The notes under the pieces: generated by a model
Told to the model about the DNA's origin: nothing
Seen by the model: only the letters and a program-made list of their open reading frames with translations
Databases searched by the model: none
Source of the DNA: Actinomycetota bacterium
Lineage (GTDB): Bacteria; Actinomycetota; Acidimicrobiia; Spongiisociales; UBA4744
Assembly: GCA_013152275.1 (NCBI GenBank)
Contig: JAADGS010000058.1
Location: forward strand, 1-56,164
Reading direction: 5' to 3'
DNA: 56,164 bases
Shown: piece after piece, positions 11,301-22,179 of the stretch
How positions within the stretch are numbered: the stretch's first letter is position 1
Layout of the letters: the number at the start of each line of letters is the position of its first letter
Made by a program: the position numbers and the translations under genes

Positions 11301-11722
11301 CCAACTCGATCGTCGACTATGTCTTCCGGGTGATCGGCCTCGAGTACCTGGGACGGACCGATCTGGTCCAGGTGAAGCCGCAGGCGTCGTCTCTTCCGGA
11401 ACCTCCGAAGGGGCTCGTCACCGAGGCGGGGCTCCAGCTCGATCTGACCGAGGCTGCGATGGAGAAAGACATCGAGGTGGAGAGGAAGGCGGCGAAGTTC
11501 GCCGATACCCGAGACGGTCACGGACCGGGAACGCCCGCCGCGACGACGCTGAAGCAGTCGCGCCCGGTGACCGCAGGCGATGTGGCGACCGCTTCGGTGC
11601 AGTCGGCCCTCGCCGACATGATGGGGGACGCTCCCCTGTGTCCGACGTGTGGGCACATCACGATCCGCAACGGCACCTGCTACAAGTGCCTCAACTGCGG
11701 GGACACGACCGGCTGTTCGTGA
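8342..11722 (+). CDS. nrdJ: Adenosylcobalamin-dependent (class II) ribonucleotide reductase
   Basis: PNSPQWFNTG, HACFI, GGTTRRAAKM, SNPCSEY, APTGTI, GAISKTIN, YRDGSK; C-terminal CPTC...CYKCLNCG...GCS. Confidence 0.96.
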   Translation: MTARLRITRRFTKAGRDPYEEIDWTFRDSRITNPDGSIVFEMKDAEVPAAWSQVASDIMVSKYFRKAGIPQTDEHGNPLVDGNGEPVLGPESSAKQVFDRLTGAWRWWGEQHGYFSSEEDARAFEDELKYMLANQMAAPNSPQWFNTGINWAYGLTGPEQGFWYVDPDTEELVSSPDSYSRPSPHACFIQSVKDDLVNEGGIMDLWTREARLFKFGSGTGTNFSSIRAEGEPLSGGGKSSGVMSFLKIGDRAAGAIKSGGTTRRAAKMVILDMDHPDIEEFINWKRLEEEKAKVLIEHGGLTSDFNGEAYQTVSGQNSNNSVRVTAEFLRRVKTDGDWDLIERSTGKVRRTVKARDLWRQIAEAAWACADPGIQFHTTINEWHTCPAGGEIRASNPCSEYLFLDDTACNLASLNLVKFYDDESGNFDIEAYEHAIRIWTIVLEISVTMAHFPAKPIAQGSYDYRTLGLGYANLGSLLMRSGFPYDSDGGRAIAGALTAILTGVAYKTSAEMASVLGPFPKWSENAESMLRVIRNHRRAAYNAPADAYEGVSHYVMGINPDLAPDSLLEAARHAWDEALAAGEDHGFRNAQVSTLAPTGTIGLLMDCDTTGVEPDFALVKFKKLAGGGYFKIANQSIAPALRRLDYDETQIERIVRYVAGTMTLEGAPHVNYESLRARGLSEGAIDRIERTIPSVFELRHAFNVFVVGEDSLLEIGLKPEDYTSLGFDLLASLGFSPQEIAEANDVICGVQTIEGAPGLRHEDLAVFDTANRNGKHGKRFIHHVGHIKMMAATQPFITGAISKTINMPHEVTPDDIKEAYMMSADLGLKSMALYRDGSKASQPLSSSSDDGASDEDEETVVLALEHEKAVAWGEIMNAASPTQAYSNGHRRPRFLLPGKRQGWTQEARIGGHKVFLRTGEYEDGTLGELFIDLAKEGATLRGVLSCFAIAVSKGLQYGVPLEEFVDTFTFHTFEPRGMVEGHPNIKMANSIVDYVFRVIGLEYLGRTDLVQVKPQASSLPEPPKGLVTEAGLQLDLTEAAMEKDIEVERKAAKFADTRDGHGPGTPAATTLKQSRPVTAGDVATASVQSALADMMGDAPLCPTCGHITIRNGTCYKCLNCGDTTGCS

Positions 11723-11730
11723 TGTGAAAT

Positions 11731-11791
11731 GTCACACTCTCATTCGGTGTTTCGTCACGGAATGAGAGTGGCTCGGTCACACTCTCATTCT
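11731..11791. repeat. REP-like cluster of GTCACACTCTCATTC units, copy 1
   Basis: Units at 11731-11745, inverted at 11760-11770, direct at 11776-11791. Confidence 0.8.
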
Positions 11792-11868
11792 GGGAGGAGC
11801 AGACGGCAGGAACAAGTTCTATCCTCTTCTACGGGTGCCATCGACACCGCATCTCGGAGGCATGATCC

Positions 11869-12342
11869 ATGAGTGCAGTCGTCTCACGATTCGTCATCGG
11901 AGTCGCCGCCATGCTCATGCTCGCCATCGTTGCGGGCGGCTGCGCTGCAGGCTCGACGATCCAGGAAACGACAGCGGCCAGGATCGACGTGACCACCACG
12001 GCGTTCCCCATCGACATGACCGACGAGGCCCTGTTCCCTGTGTACTCGACGTGGGTCAACATGCTTGGCCTCAGGCAGTTGGACCCTGCCGTCTGGAGAC
12101 GCCGGCTTAGCGAAGCATGCACCCTGGGGGTCTGGGACAAGACCGTCGCCGTCGACCTCGCCACCAGATACATCGCCGAAGACGCTTCCCTTGCTGCCCG
12201 TACACCTGGGCAGGAGCCACCATCGGTCGAAGATGCAGCCGACGCCTTGTGGCTCATGGCTCTCCAGGTCTGCAGAGACAGATACCCAGCCGAGACAACA
12301 ATCGATGACCTACCGTTTCCCAGCATGAGCCCCAACGGATAG
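11869..12342 (+). CDS. Putative lipoprotein, paralog 1
   Basis: Hydrophobic signal ending AGGC; two further Cys conserved in the paralog at 12626; GGAGG RBS. Confidence 0.75.
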   Translation: MSAVVSRFVIGVAAMLMLAIVAGGCAAGSTIQETTAARIDVTTTAFPIDMTDEALFPVYSTWVNMLGLRQLDPAVWRRRLSEACTLGVWDKTVAVDLATRYIAEDASLAARTPGQEPPSVEDAADALWLMALQVCRDRYPAETTIDDLPFPSMSPNG

Positions 12343-12467
12343 GGCCCCCACGAGGGGCGCTGCAGATTCGGGTTCGTAGGGACGACTCGGCGTTCTCGTA
12401 GGTCAGCACATGGGGTGTCAGGTGGCTCGCCGAGCCAACACGGGCCGCAGTATCTGCCATCTCTTGC

Positions 12468-12542
12468 CAGAATGAGAGTGTGCAACTTTCACTCTCATTT
12501 TCATGACGCTTTACACGTGAAAAGCGTCACACTCTCATTCTG
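12468..12542. repeat. REP-like cluster of CACTCTCATT units, copy 2
   Basis: CAGAATGAGAGTGTG 12468-12482, CACTCTCATT 12490-12499, GTCACACTCTCATTCTG 12526-12542. Confidence 0.8.
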
Positions 12543-12625
12543 ATCGGAACACGAGAACGAGGGCAGGAACAGGTTCTATCCTCTTCTATGGGTGCCATCG
12601 ACGCCGAATCTCGGAGACATGATCC

Positions 12626-13069
12626 ATGAAGGCGACCTATTCACGATTGGCCACTGGCATCGCCGCAATGCTCATCCTCGCCATCGTTGCAGGTGGCTGC
12701 GGAACATCCTCGTCGAGCGAAGACACGACTGCTGTCACAATCGACATGACCGACGAGGCACTACGCCCTGTGTACTCAACGTGGGTCAACATGCCTGGTC
12801 TCAACCAGTATGACCGCGACATCTGGAGGGCCCGGCTGAGCGAAGCATGCACGTTGGGCGTATAGGACAAGGCTGTTGCCACCGACCTCGCCAAACGGTA
12901 CGTCGCCGAGGACGCTTCCGTTTCTGCCCGTCCCGACAGCATGGGACCGCCGTCGCCGGAGGAGGCGGCCAACGCCCTGTGGCTGATGGCTCTCCAAGTA
13001 TGCAGAGAAGAGTTCCCACCCGGAACCATGTTCGATGATCTGCCCTATGGTCCGTCTGGACAGGGGTAG
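12626..13069 (+). pseudogene. Putative lipoprotein, paralog 2, with internal TAG
   Basis: CTLGV*DKAVATDLAKRYVAEDAS aligns with CTLGVWDKTVAVDLATRYIAEDAS of paralog 1; TAG at 12863-12865 replaces TGG; frame stays open to 13069. Confidence 0.8.
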
Positions 13070-13758
13070 CTGACGTCACCCTCGTCCAGACGGATCTTTG
13101 TGCACCGTTTCCCAGTCGAAGGACCGACGTCAAAACTGTGCGAAGGACCTGCACGCCGGCCCTGACATGACACACCTCGCCCACGTCTCGTCCACCAAGA
13201 ACCACACGCGCTTCTACCAGTCCTTACCATTGATGGCGCCCCTCTGTCGGAAGATCCACTGTGTGAATGACGGAACCAGCCGGAGCCAGTGCGACGTTCA
13301 CGAAGCGCGTTGATCCTGTCCAACTGTCACGACGCGGTCCTGGTGACCGGGCAGTACGCCGAGATTGGACGAGCCGGCAACGCGACGGATCCCGACTAAG
13401 GAGCACTCGCGCGACTGGATCCGAATACCGGAGATGCGATCTGGTCGATGTTCACCCATGAACATGAAGCGATCCATGCTCCGGTGGCTCCGTACAACGG
13501 CGACCGGCTCGCACTTCCGAGTTCGTATCGGTTTCCCCGAGCCATGCGGCATCGAGCCCTGGCTCACGCCAGGACACCTGCTCCGCAGGCGCATCTCCCC
13601 CTATCGACCTCGGCTCGTTCCTCGCCTCGACCACTTTCTCCGCTGGGGGAGGCAGAACCACCAGGACGAAGGCGCACCTGAAGATGCGTCGAGGCGGAGG
13701 ACGTAGCCAGGGGCGTCGAGGGCCGGAGAGACCCGGCAATCACTTGGGCGACACACCT

Positions 13759-14370
13759 CTAGACCGGTCGCATGCCCACCGGGAACACCGGAGGTTCGTC
13801 GATCCCGCCCCACTCCCAGTGCCACGGCTCCGGGGTGTCGCCGCCGCAGACGGCCCAGAACGGAAGCACCCACCCGTGCTCCGCACCGTGTTCGGTCAGC
13901 CACCGGAACGCCTCGCTGCGGCAGTTGACCTGCCGGCCGTTCGAGGTCACGTCGATGGCCCGGCCCCAGCCGTGGTTCGATCGTCCCGGGGTGGCCGTCG
14001 CCTTGTTGCAGGCGCTCGGCGGCGCGTGGAGCGACCCGCAGTTGCGGATGTAGGTCTGGCGCTGTGACGCGAGACTGCGGTAACACCAGGCAGCTTCGAT
14101 CTGCACGCCGTCGGCTGCCGCATCGGCTACGAGCTGCAGCCATCGCGACGCGGCGTCGGCTTCGAGAAGGCACAGGCTCTGGCTTCCGTCGACCTCGACG
14201 AGGGCCTCGTCGGGCAGACGTCCGTTCGCTAATCCCTGCCCCTCGAGATCGGTGACATACGCAGCGTCATCGGACCGAAGGATCTGGACGTCTGCGGCCG
14301 CCCCCGCAGAGACGCCAAGGACGAAGAGCAACACGAGGGTGGGAGCAACGAGACGCCGTAGATGTCGCAT
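13759..14370 (-). CDS. Secreted M15B D-Ala-D-Ala carboxypeptidase (VanY-like)
   Basis: Signal peptide; CYRSLASQ, PGRSNHGWGRAIDV (SxHxxGxAxD), EPWHW. Confidence 0.85.
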   Translation of the reverse strand: MRHLRRLVAPTLVLLFVLGVSAGAAADVQILRSDDAAYVTDLEGQGLANGRLPDEALVEVDGSQSLCLLEADAASRWLQLVADAAADGVQIEAAWCYRSLASQRQTYIRNCGSLHAPPSACNKATATPGRSNHGWGRAIDVTSNGRQVNCRSEAFRWLTEHGAEHGWVLPFWAVCGGDTPEPWHWEWGGIDEPPVFPVGMRPV

Positions 14371-14430
14371 GAGCCGGGAATCCTGGCGCGCTCCCTGCCA
14401 CTACACCAAATCGACTACACCCTGACAGCC

Positions 14431-14988
14431 TCAGACATCGTCGGGAATCCAGGGCTCCAACTCGACGCCGAGTGCGTCGGCGATCCGGTTGACGTAGGCG
14501 TAGTAGGCGGCCACTTCGGTGATGTGCAGCACATCGAGGTCGGAAAACGCCACAGCCCGCAAACTCGCAACGTCCTCCGCCGTCACCGTCGACGGGGCGA
14601 CCGTCACCTTCGTGGCAAACCGGAGCATCGCGAGGCGCCGCTCGTCGAGACCGGCCGTCTCGAAACCCGCCTCGATCCGGCCGAGCAACTCGTCGTCTCT
14701 CAGCAGCCGGCGCAGACCACGCCGGTGATGGGTGATTCAGTAGTGGCACTGGTTGATCGTGCTCACGACCAGAGCAATCATCTCCCGGTCGACCTTTCGG
14801 AGCGTCTTCGTGCCGCGCATCGCCTGCCGGTACAGGTCCAGATGGGTGCTCATGCTGCCCGGATCGAGGGAGTGGATGGTCATGATGTTGTCCACCCGCC
14901 CGTAGGCAGGGTCGACGGCCCTCGCGTGCAGCTCACCGAGCTCCCCGTCGTCCCAATCCCGATCGTCGATCGTCTCGATGAATGCCAT
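14431..14988 (-). CDS. AhpD/carboxymuconolactone decarboxylase-like peroxidase, predicted selenoprotein (CHYU)
   Basis: REMIALVVSTINQCHY-UGA(14737-14739)-ITHHRRGLRRLL continues in frame to AAYYAYVNRIADALGV; SECIS-like hairpin follows; GGAGGAGG RBS. Confidence 0.85.
14707..14725 (-). promoter_or_regulatory. Bacterial SECIS-like hairpin
   Basis: UGA + 11 nt + CCGGCGU-GGUCU-GCGCCGG; same spacing and GGUCUGC apical sequence as the E. coli fdhF SECIS. Confidence 0.75.
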
Positions 14989-15091
14989 TGGCGTGTCCTC
15001 CTCCATCGCTCACGACCATACTCATGTGGGAGGGGAATCCTGGGAACCGAAACTGCGACATCGACCCTCCCTCGATCTCTAGGATCGCCGC

Positions 15092-16462
15092 ATGGATGAC
15101 ATCAGCGGGCTGCTCCGCCAAACCGCCAGACTCGCCGACCTCTCGACCCTCGACCGGAGGCCGGTCTTCCCGCACGTACAACCCGATGATCTCCGAACAC
15201 TCCTGGCCGTACCGCTCCCCGACGCCGGCGTGGATCCCGACCGGGTCATCGAGGAGCTGGTCGCCGCGGCGGAGCCCGGCCTCGTTTCCGGGGCCGGTGG
15301 ACGCTACTTCGGGTTCGTCACGGGAGGTTCCGTCCCCGCCGCCCTGGCTGCCGATTGGCTCGCCGCGGCCTGGGATCAGAACGCCTTCTCGTACCTGTCC
15401 AGCCCGGCGGCAGCCATCGTCGAGGAGGTCGCCGCGGCCTGGATCAAGGACCTGCTCCGGCTCCCGACCGGCGCATCCGTCGGATTCGTGACCGGGTGCC
15501 AGATGGCGCACGTCACCTGCCTCGCCGCGGCCCGCCACGAGGTGCTGCGACGGGTCGGGTGGAACGTCTCCGAGCATGGTCTCGGTGGCGCCCCTCGCAT
15601 TCGCGTGGTCACCGGTCGGCACAGGCACATGACCGTCGACCGGGCGCTGCGCCTCCTCGGCATCGGCGAGACGGCCATCGAGCCCGTGGACACGGACGAC
15701 CAAGGCAGGATCCTCCCCGATGCCTTGGGCGAGACACTCGCTGCCGGGACAGGGCCGGTCATCGTCGTCGCACAGGCCGGAGAGGTGAACACCGGGGCGT
15801 TCGACCCTCTCTCGGCAGTGATCGGGATCGCAGCCGAACATGGCGCATGGACCCATGTCGACGGAGCGTTCGGCATCTGGGCGCGAGTGAGCGCGTCGTT
15901 GCGGCACCTCACCGACGGGCTCGAACTCGCGGACTCGTGGGCGTTCGATGCGCACAAGTGGCTCAACGTTCCCTACGACTCCGGTGTGGCGGTCTGTGCA
16001 CATCCGGAGGCCCACCGCGCCGCGATGCTCGGCGAGGCCGCATACCTTCTGCCTTCGGCAACCGAGCGTGACGCCATCGATTGGACACCTGACGCGTCGC
16101 GACGCGCTCGCGGATTCGCCGTGTACGCGGCACTTCGATCGCTGGGCAGGAATGGCGTCACAGATCTCGTCGACCGTTCGTGCGCGCACGCACGCCGTCT
16201 TGCGGACGGCATCTCCCGACTTCCCGGCGCGACGATCCTCAACGACGTGGTCCTGAACCAGGTCCTCGTACGCTTCGGTGACGACCACACCACCGAACGG
16301 ATCTTGAACCACGTGCAGGACGGCGGTGTCGCCTGGATGGGTGGCACCACATGGAACGGACGAACGGCCATACGAATCTCCGTGTCGAGCTGGGCCACCA
16401 AGGACACGGACGTGGACCGCACCATCGCCGAGTTCGCCGGCGCCGTACGCACCGTCACCTGA
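15092..16462 (+). CDS. PLP-dependent decarboxylase (group II family)
   Basis: GRYFGFVTGG, HVDGAFG, DSWAFDAHKWLNVPYDSG, SRRARGF. Confidence 0.88.
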   Translation: MDDISGLLRQTARLADLSTLDRRPVFPHVQPDDLRTLLAVPLPDAGVDPDRVIEELVAAAEPGLVSGAGGRYFGFVTGGSVPAALAADWLAAAWDQNAFSYLSSPAAAIVEEVAAAWIKDLLRLPTGASVGFVTGCQMAHVTCLAAARHEVLRRVGWNVSEHGLGGAPRIRVVTGRHRHMTVDRALRLLGIGETAIEPVDTDDQGRILPDALGETLAAGTGPVIVVAQAGEVNTGAFDPLSAVIGIAAEHGAWTHVDGAFGIWARVSASLRHLTDGLELADSWAFDAHKWLNVPYDSGVAVCAHPEAHRAAMLGEAAYLLPSATERDAIDWTPDASRRARGFAVYAALRSLGRNGVTDLVDRSCAHARRLADGISRLPGATILNDVVLNQVLVRFGDDHTTERILNHVQDGGVAWMGGTTWNGRTAIRISVSSWATKDTDVDRTIAEFAGAVRTVT

Positions 16463-16558
16463 AGCGCCGCCCCACGGCAGACCACCCTCCCCTCGGCATC
16501 GAACGATCGTTGGATCGAGCACCGTAGTCTGCAGGCGACGCGACTCGGAGACGCCATC

Positions 16559-17557
16559 ATGGAGACGTTCATCGCAGGCCTTCCCAAGGCCGAGCTACAC
16601 CTGCACCTCGAAGGCACCTTGGAACCCGAGCTGAAGTTCGCTCTCGCCCGGCGCAACGGTGTATCGCTGCCCTACGGCTCCGTGGAGGAGATGAGCATCG
16701 CCTACGACTTCGACGACCTGCCTTCGTTCCTCACTCAGTACTACGAAGGCATGAGCGTGCTGCTCACCGAAGCGGACTTCTACGACCTCGCCTGGGCCTA
16801 CTTCACCAAAGCCGCGTCGCAGAACATCGTATATGCAGAGGTGTTCTTCGATCCACAGGCGCACACGACGAGGGGCGTCGACTTCAACACGGTGATCAGC
16901 GGCATCAACCGGGCACAGCTCGACGCCGCCGACCGGCTCGGCGTCCGCAGCGGGCTCATCATGTGCTTGTTGCGAGATCTCGACACCGAATCGGCGATGG
17001 CCACCCTCGAACAGGCCATCCCGTATCGGGACCGGATCATCGGAGTGGGCCTCGACTCCGACGAAAAAGACAATCCGCCGATCAAGTTCCGCGACGTGTT
17101 CGCCCGTGCCCGCGCCGAGGGCCTGCATCTCACGATGCATTGCGACGTCGACCAGGAGAACTCGGTCGACCACATCTGGCAATCCCTCGACGACATCGGC
17201 GTGGAGCGCATCGACCACGGCATCAACTGTCTCGAAGACGACCGTCTCGTTACCGAGATCCGCCGCCGCGGCCTCGGGCTCACCGTATGTCCCATCTCGA
17301 ACAGCTACGTCGCCGGAAGCCTCAAAGCGGAGCAGATCCGCGCGATGCTCGACGCCGGCCTCCGTGTCACGATCAACTCCGACGACCCCGCCTACTTCCC
17401 CGGCTACCTCAACGAGAACCTGCTCGCCGTACAACAGGCCGTGGACCTGTCGCGCGCCGACGTTCTGCGGCTGGTCAAGAACGCGTTCGAGGTGGCGTGG
17501 CTGCCCGAGACCGACAAGCAGGGCTATCTGGATGCCGTGGAGGCGTATTCGAGCTGA
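16559..17557 (+). CDS. add: Adenosine/adenine deaminase
   Basis: LPKAELHLHLEG, FFDPQAH, RIDHG, VCPISN, NSDDPAYF. Confidence 0.88.
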   Translation: METFIAGLPKAELHLHLEGTLEPELKFALARRNGVSLPYGSVEEMSIAYDFDDLPSFLTQYYEGMSVLLTEADFYDLAWAYFTKAASQNIVYAEVFFDPQAHTTRGVDFNTVISGINRAQLDAADRLGVRSGLIMCLLRDLDTESAMATLEQAIPYRDRIIGVGLDSDEKDNPPIKFRDVFARARAEGLHLTMHCDVDQENSVDHIWQSLDDIGVERIDHGINCLEDDRLVTEIRRRGLGLTVCPISNSYVAGSLKAEQIRAMLDAGLRVTINSDDPAYFPGYLNENLLAVQQAVDLSRADVLRLVKNAFEVAWLPETDKQGYLDAVEAYSS

Positions 17558-17565
17558 ACGCGCGG

Positions 17566-19124
<1,559 letters not shown>

Positions 19125-19344
19125 TCACACGCGCCGGACGGCCCCCAGAGGGACACACATCTTCGAGCTGCACGGTGATCCAAAGGTCATCGCCCCCGGA
19201 GGCTATCCCACGCCGCACACCCGTGTCCCCAATCAACCGCGACGGTGCTGATCTGGCCCAGATGTTCCGGCGTCCTCGGATACCTGCCCCGCCGTGGCAC
19301 CGAGGCGACATCGGCCGTACTCTACGCCAGGAGAGGAGAAGTGG

Positions 19345-19563
19345 ATGTCGCGTGCGATCAGACTTGTCGTGAGCGTGGCCTTTGGGGTGGCGGCGTTCCT
19401 CGCGCTGTTCCCCAGTGCTGCCACCATGCCCATTCCACCCACGTTCTACTCGGTAGTTGGGAACCGGGTGCCCACCGACAACCCCTTGCTTGCCATCGCA
19501 GCGGGCCTCTCGGCCGCCGGATTGGTCTGGTTGTCGACCAGGCCGGGTCGACCAAGACCATAG
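19345..19563 (+). CDS. Small hypothetical membrane protein (2 hydrophobic segments)
   Basis: AGGAGAGGAG RBS; MSRAIRLVVSVAFGVAAFLALF...LLAIAAGLSAAGLVWL. Confidence 0.6.
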   Translation: MSRAIRLVVSVAFGVAAFLALFPSAATMPIPPTFYSVVGNRVPTDNPLLAIAAGLSAAGLVWLSTRPGRPRP

Positions 19564-19934
19564 ACCGCGACCCGTCCCGGCAACACCGTCGATCGGGCAT
19601 GATCCAGCCTCGAGCCCGACTGCACACGACACGCAATGATCGGTGAGTCGTTCACCTTCTCGGGCGTTCCGACACGCGGCAGCCACAGCGTCATGCCACG
19701 TAGGTCCGTTCATCGCGCCGTACCCGCACGGACACTGTCGGGCTTTGGAGGCTGGAGTACCGGCATCCGCAGACGCACTCACCGACCACCTGCAGCTCTC
19801 GCGCCAACTGATCTCGGCGGCGCGTGGCGCCGCCCAGAGTCAGCCTCCGGAGCGCCGGCCACGAGGGGCTCCGTTGCGCGCAGCGAACACGCCTGCACGA
19901 ACCATGGAGCACGGCCGCATAGGATGACACCACC

Positions 19935-21029
19935 ATGGAATCAGCAGACTTCGTCGTCATCGGAGGGGGCATCGCCGGAGCATCGGTCGCGTATGAATTG
20001 GCCGCACACGCTCGGGTCCTCGTGCTCGAGCGCGAAGCGGTGGCCGGCTACCACACCACCGGCAGATCGGCGGCCGTCTTCACCGAGGCGTACGATAAGA
20101 GCGGCATCCGTGCACTGACGAGGGCAAGCCGACAGTTCTTGGAGAATCCTCCGGAGGGGTTCACCGATGTTCCCCTGCTGTCGCCGTTGCCGGTCCTGTT
20201 CGTCGGGCGGGACGACCAGCTCGATGCCCTCGAGCGAGTCCTGAACGAGTCGGCGGATCTGGTCCGATGGGTCGATCCGACCGAAGCGCTCACTCTGTGC
20301 CCGGTGCTCCGACCCGGTTACGTCGCCGGCGGGGTGCTCGAACCGGACGCCCGTTCCATCGATGTGCACGCTCTCCACCAGGGTTTCCTCCGCGGCGTTC
20401 GTCGCAGAGGAAGCCGTGTGCTCACCAGCGCGGAGGTGAGATCCCTCGTCTACACGTCGATGTGGACGGTCGGAACGACGCAAGGGCCGGTCAGGACCCC
20501 CGTGATCGTCGACGCCGCCGGGGCGTGGGCGGACCGGGTCGCCGAGATGGCCGGCGCCCGGCCGGTCGGCCTCACTCCGCTTCGGCGCACGGCCTTCACC
20601 TTCGATCCTCCACCGGACACCGGCGGCACGCCCTGGCCGATGGTCTTCGATATCGGCGAAGACTTCTACTTCAGGCTCGACGGGCCGCAGATCCTCGCCT
20701 CACCGTGCGATGAGAAGCCAATGGAGCCGTGCGACGTCCGGCATGAGGAGATCGACGTGGCGATCGCCATCGATCGCATCCAGACGGCGACCACCCTCAC
20801 GATCCGCCACGTGCGGAACGCGTGGGCAGGTCTGCGCACCTTCGCGCCGGACCGCGAACCAGTGGTCGGCCGGGATCCCGACGTCCCGGGGTTCTTCTGG
20901 CTTGCCGGCCAGGGTGGTTTCGGGATCATGACCTCTCCGGCACTGGCACGTACTGCGTCGGCACTGATCACCGGCGGGTCGGTACCGGAAGGCGTCGACA
21001 CGACCCGTCTGGACCCGGGACGGTTCTGA
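19935..21029 (+). CDS. FAD-dependent oxidoreductase (D-amino acid/glycine oxidase family)
   Basis: VVIGGGIAG, GYHTTGRSAA, AAGAWAD, WAGLRTF, AGQGGFGIMTS. Confidence 0.88.
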   Translation: MESADFVVIGGGIAGASVAYELAAHARVLVLEREAVAGYHTTGRSAAVFTEAYDKSGIRALTRASRQFLENPPEGFTDVPLLSPLPVLFVGRDDQLDALERVLNESADLVRWVDPTEALTLCPVLRPGYVAGGVLEPDARSIDVHALHQGFLRGVRRRGSRVLTSAEVRSLVYTSMWTVGTTQGPVRTPVIVDAAGAWADRVAEMAGARPVGLTPLRRTAFTFDPPPDTGGTPWPMVFDIGEDFYFRLDGPQILASPCDEKPMEPCDVRHEEIDVAIAIDRIQTATTLTIRHVRNAWAGLRTFAPDREPVVGRDPDVPGFFWLAGQGGFGIMTSPALARTASALITGGSVPEGVDTTRLDPGRF

Positions 21030-21062
21030 CCGGCAGGCCCACCTTCATCATCTGCGTCCCGC

Positions 21063-21520
21063 TCAGGTCGTGCCGACCCAGGGGCCACCACCGATGAATG
21101 CACCACCGACAAGGTGGAACACCTGGATCGATTCGCCAACGAACACGACGGCGAGCACCGCGGCGAACAGCGGCGTCAGGTTCAGGTAGGGGCCGGCTTT
21201 CGTCGGACCGATCACCACGACCCCTTGGTTCCACGTGATGTAGGCGATGACGGAAGCGAAGACCCCAACGTAGACGATCGTCGCGACGTGGGGAAGGCTC
21301 CAGGCGAAACCGCCGATGGTGGCGGCTTCCCACAGGTAGAACGGCAGCAGCATCAGGGTCCCCACGGCAGCGACAGCCGTGACGATCACCAGGGGCGGCA
21401 GCTGCGGCCGGCGACGCAGCCCGACGGAGTTGACGGCCCACGCCACGACCGCACCGAGGATGAGCAGGTCACCAACGGCGAAGTGCATCCCTCCGAGCGC
21501 CCGAATGTCACCGCGGGTGA
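21063..21520 (-). pseudogene. C-terminal half of an EamA/DMT transporter
   Basis: GDLLILGAVVAWA...YVGVFASVIAYITWNQGVVVIGPTKA...LTPLFAAVLAVVFVGE; first EamA repeat and a convincing start are missing. Confidence 0.65.
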
Positions 21521-21711
21521 GCAGGACAGGTGCAGGGACTCGACGCTCGAGCATCGATCCTACCGGGTGACAGCCAAGAGCCTCCCCGGACCCTCACGTT
21601 GCGTGATGCTCCGGCATGCACCATATGGCACACATAGTGCGTCACGCGACACAGGCAGTCGCCGAATCCGATTCCCCTCCGACAGCCAAGAAGTGATAGA
21701 TGCTCTCCCGC

Positions 21712-22179
21712 TCACACCCGGTCGACGCGCCCGCCCTCGCCAGGCGGCGGTGCATCCGAGCCCAGGGCCAGGCACGAGTTGCACATCCCTCTGTAGATCA
21801 CCTGGGCCTCGTCGACGACACCTACGACTTCGTCCGGTGTCATGCACGGTTTGGTTCCTTTGGCACAGGGGACATCGATGATCGAGCCACAGTTTCGACA
21901 CACGAGGTGATGGTGCCACTCTGTCGCTATCTCGTAGCGGGTTGTCCCGGGTCCGGCGTCGGCCACCATGACCAGCCCGGCGGACGTCAGGTCCGCGAGC
22001 ACGTTGAAGACCGACGCCCGGGAAACGGTGATGCCGCGTACTTCCAGCCCCTTTGCGACATCCTCCGTCGTCGGGTGTCCTGGGAGTGCGGCCAGTGTCT
22101 CGAGCACGCCCAGACGGGCCCGAGTCACCCTCAGGCCCGCCGAGCGCAATCGTTCGTGCGCGTCGATCGGTTCGGTCAC
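21712..22179 (-). CDS. fur: Fur family regulator (FurA/PerR-like)
   Basis: LRSAGLRVTRAR, SRASVF, HHHLVCRNCG, YRGMCNSC; GTG overlaps the dps stop (GTGA). Confidence 0.88.
   Translation of the reverse strand: MTEPIDAHERLRSAGLRVTRARLGVLETLAALPGHPTTEDVAKGLEVRGITVSRASVFNVLADLTSAGLVMVADAGPGTTRYEIATEWHHHLVCRNCGSIIDVPCAKGTKPCMTPDEVVGVVDEAQVIYRGMCNSCLALGSDAPPPGEGGRVDRV

Noticed and set aside
8342..11722. Intein, intron or cobalamin riboswitch at nrdJ
   Set aside because: No intein splice motifs or LAGLIDADG block seen; the short upstream region is taken up by the promoter and NrdR boxes
11810..11819. LexA box upstream of the lipoprotein paralogs
   Set aside because: GAAC-N2-GTTC spacing does not fit the N4 consensus
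11731..12542. CRISPR array from CACTCTCATT repeats
   Set aside because: Units are short, mixed in orientation and irregularly spaced; no cas genes
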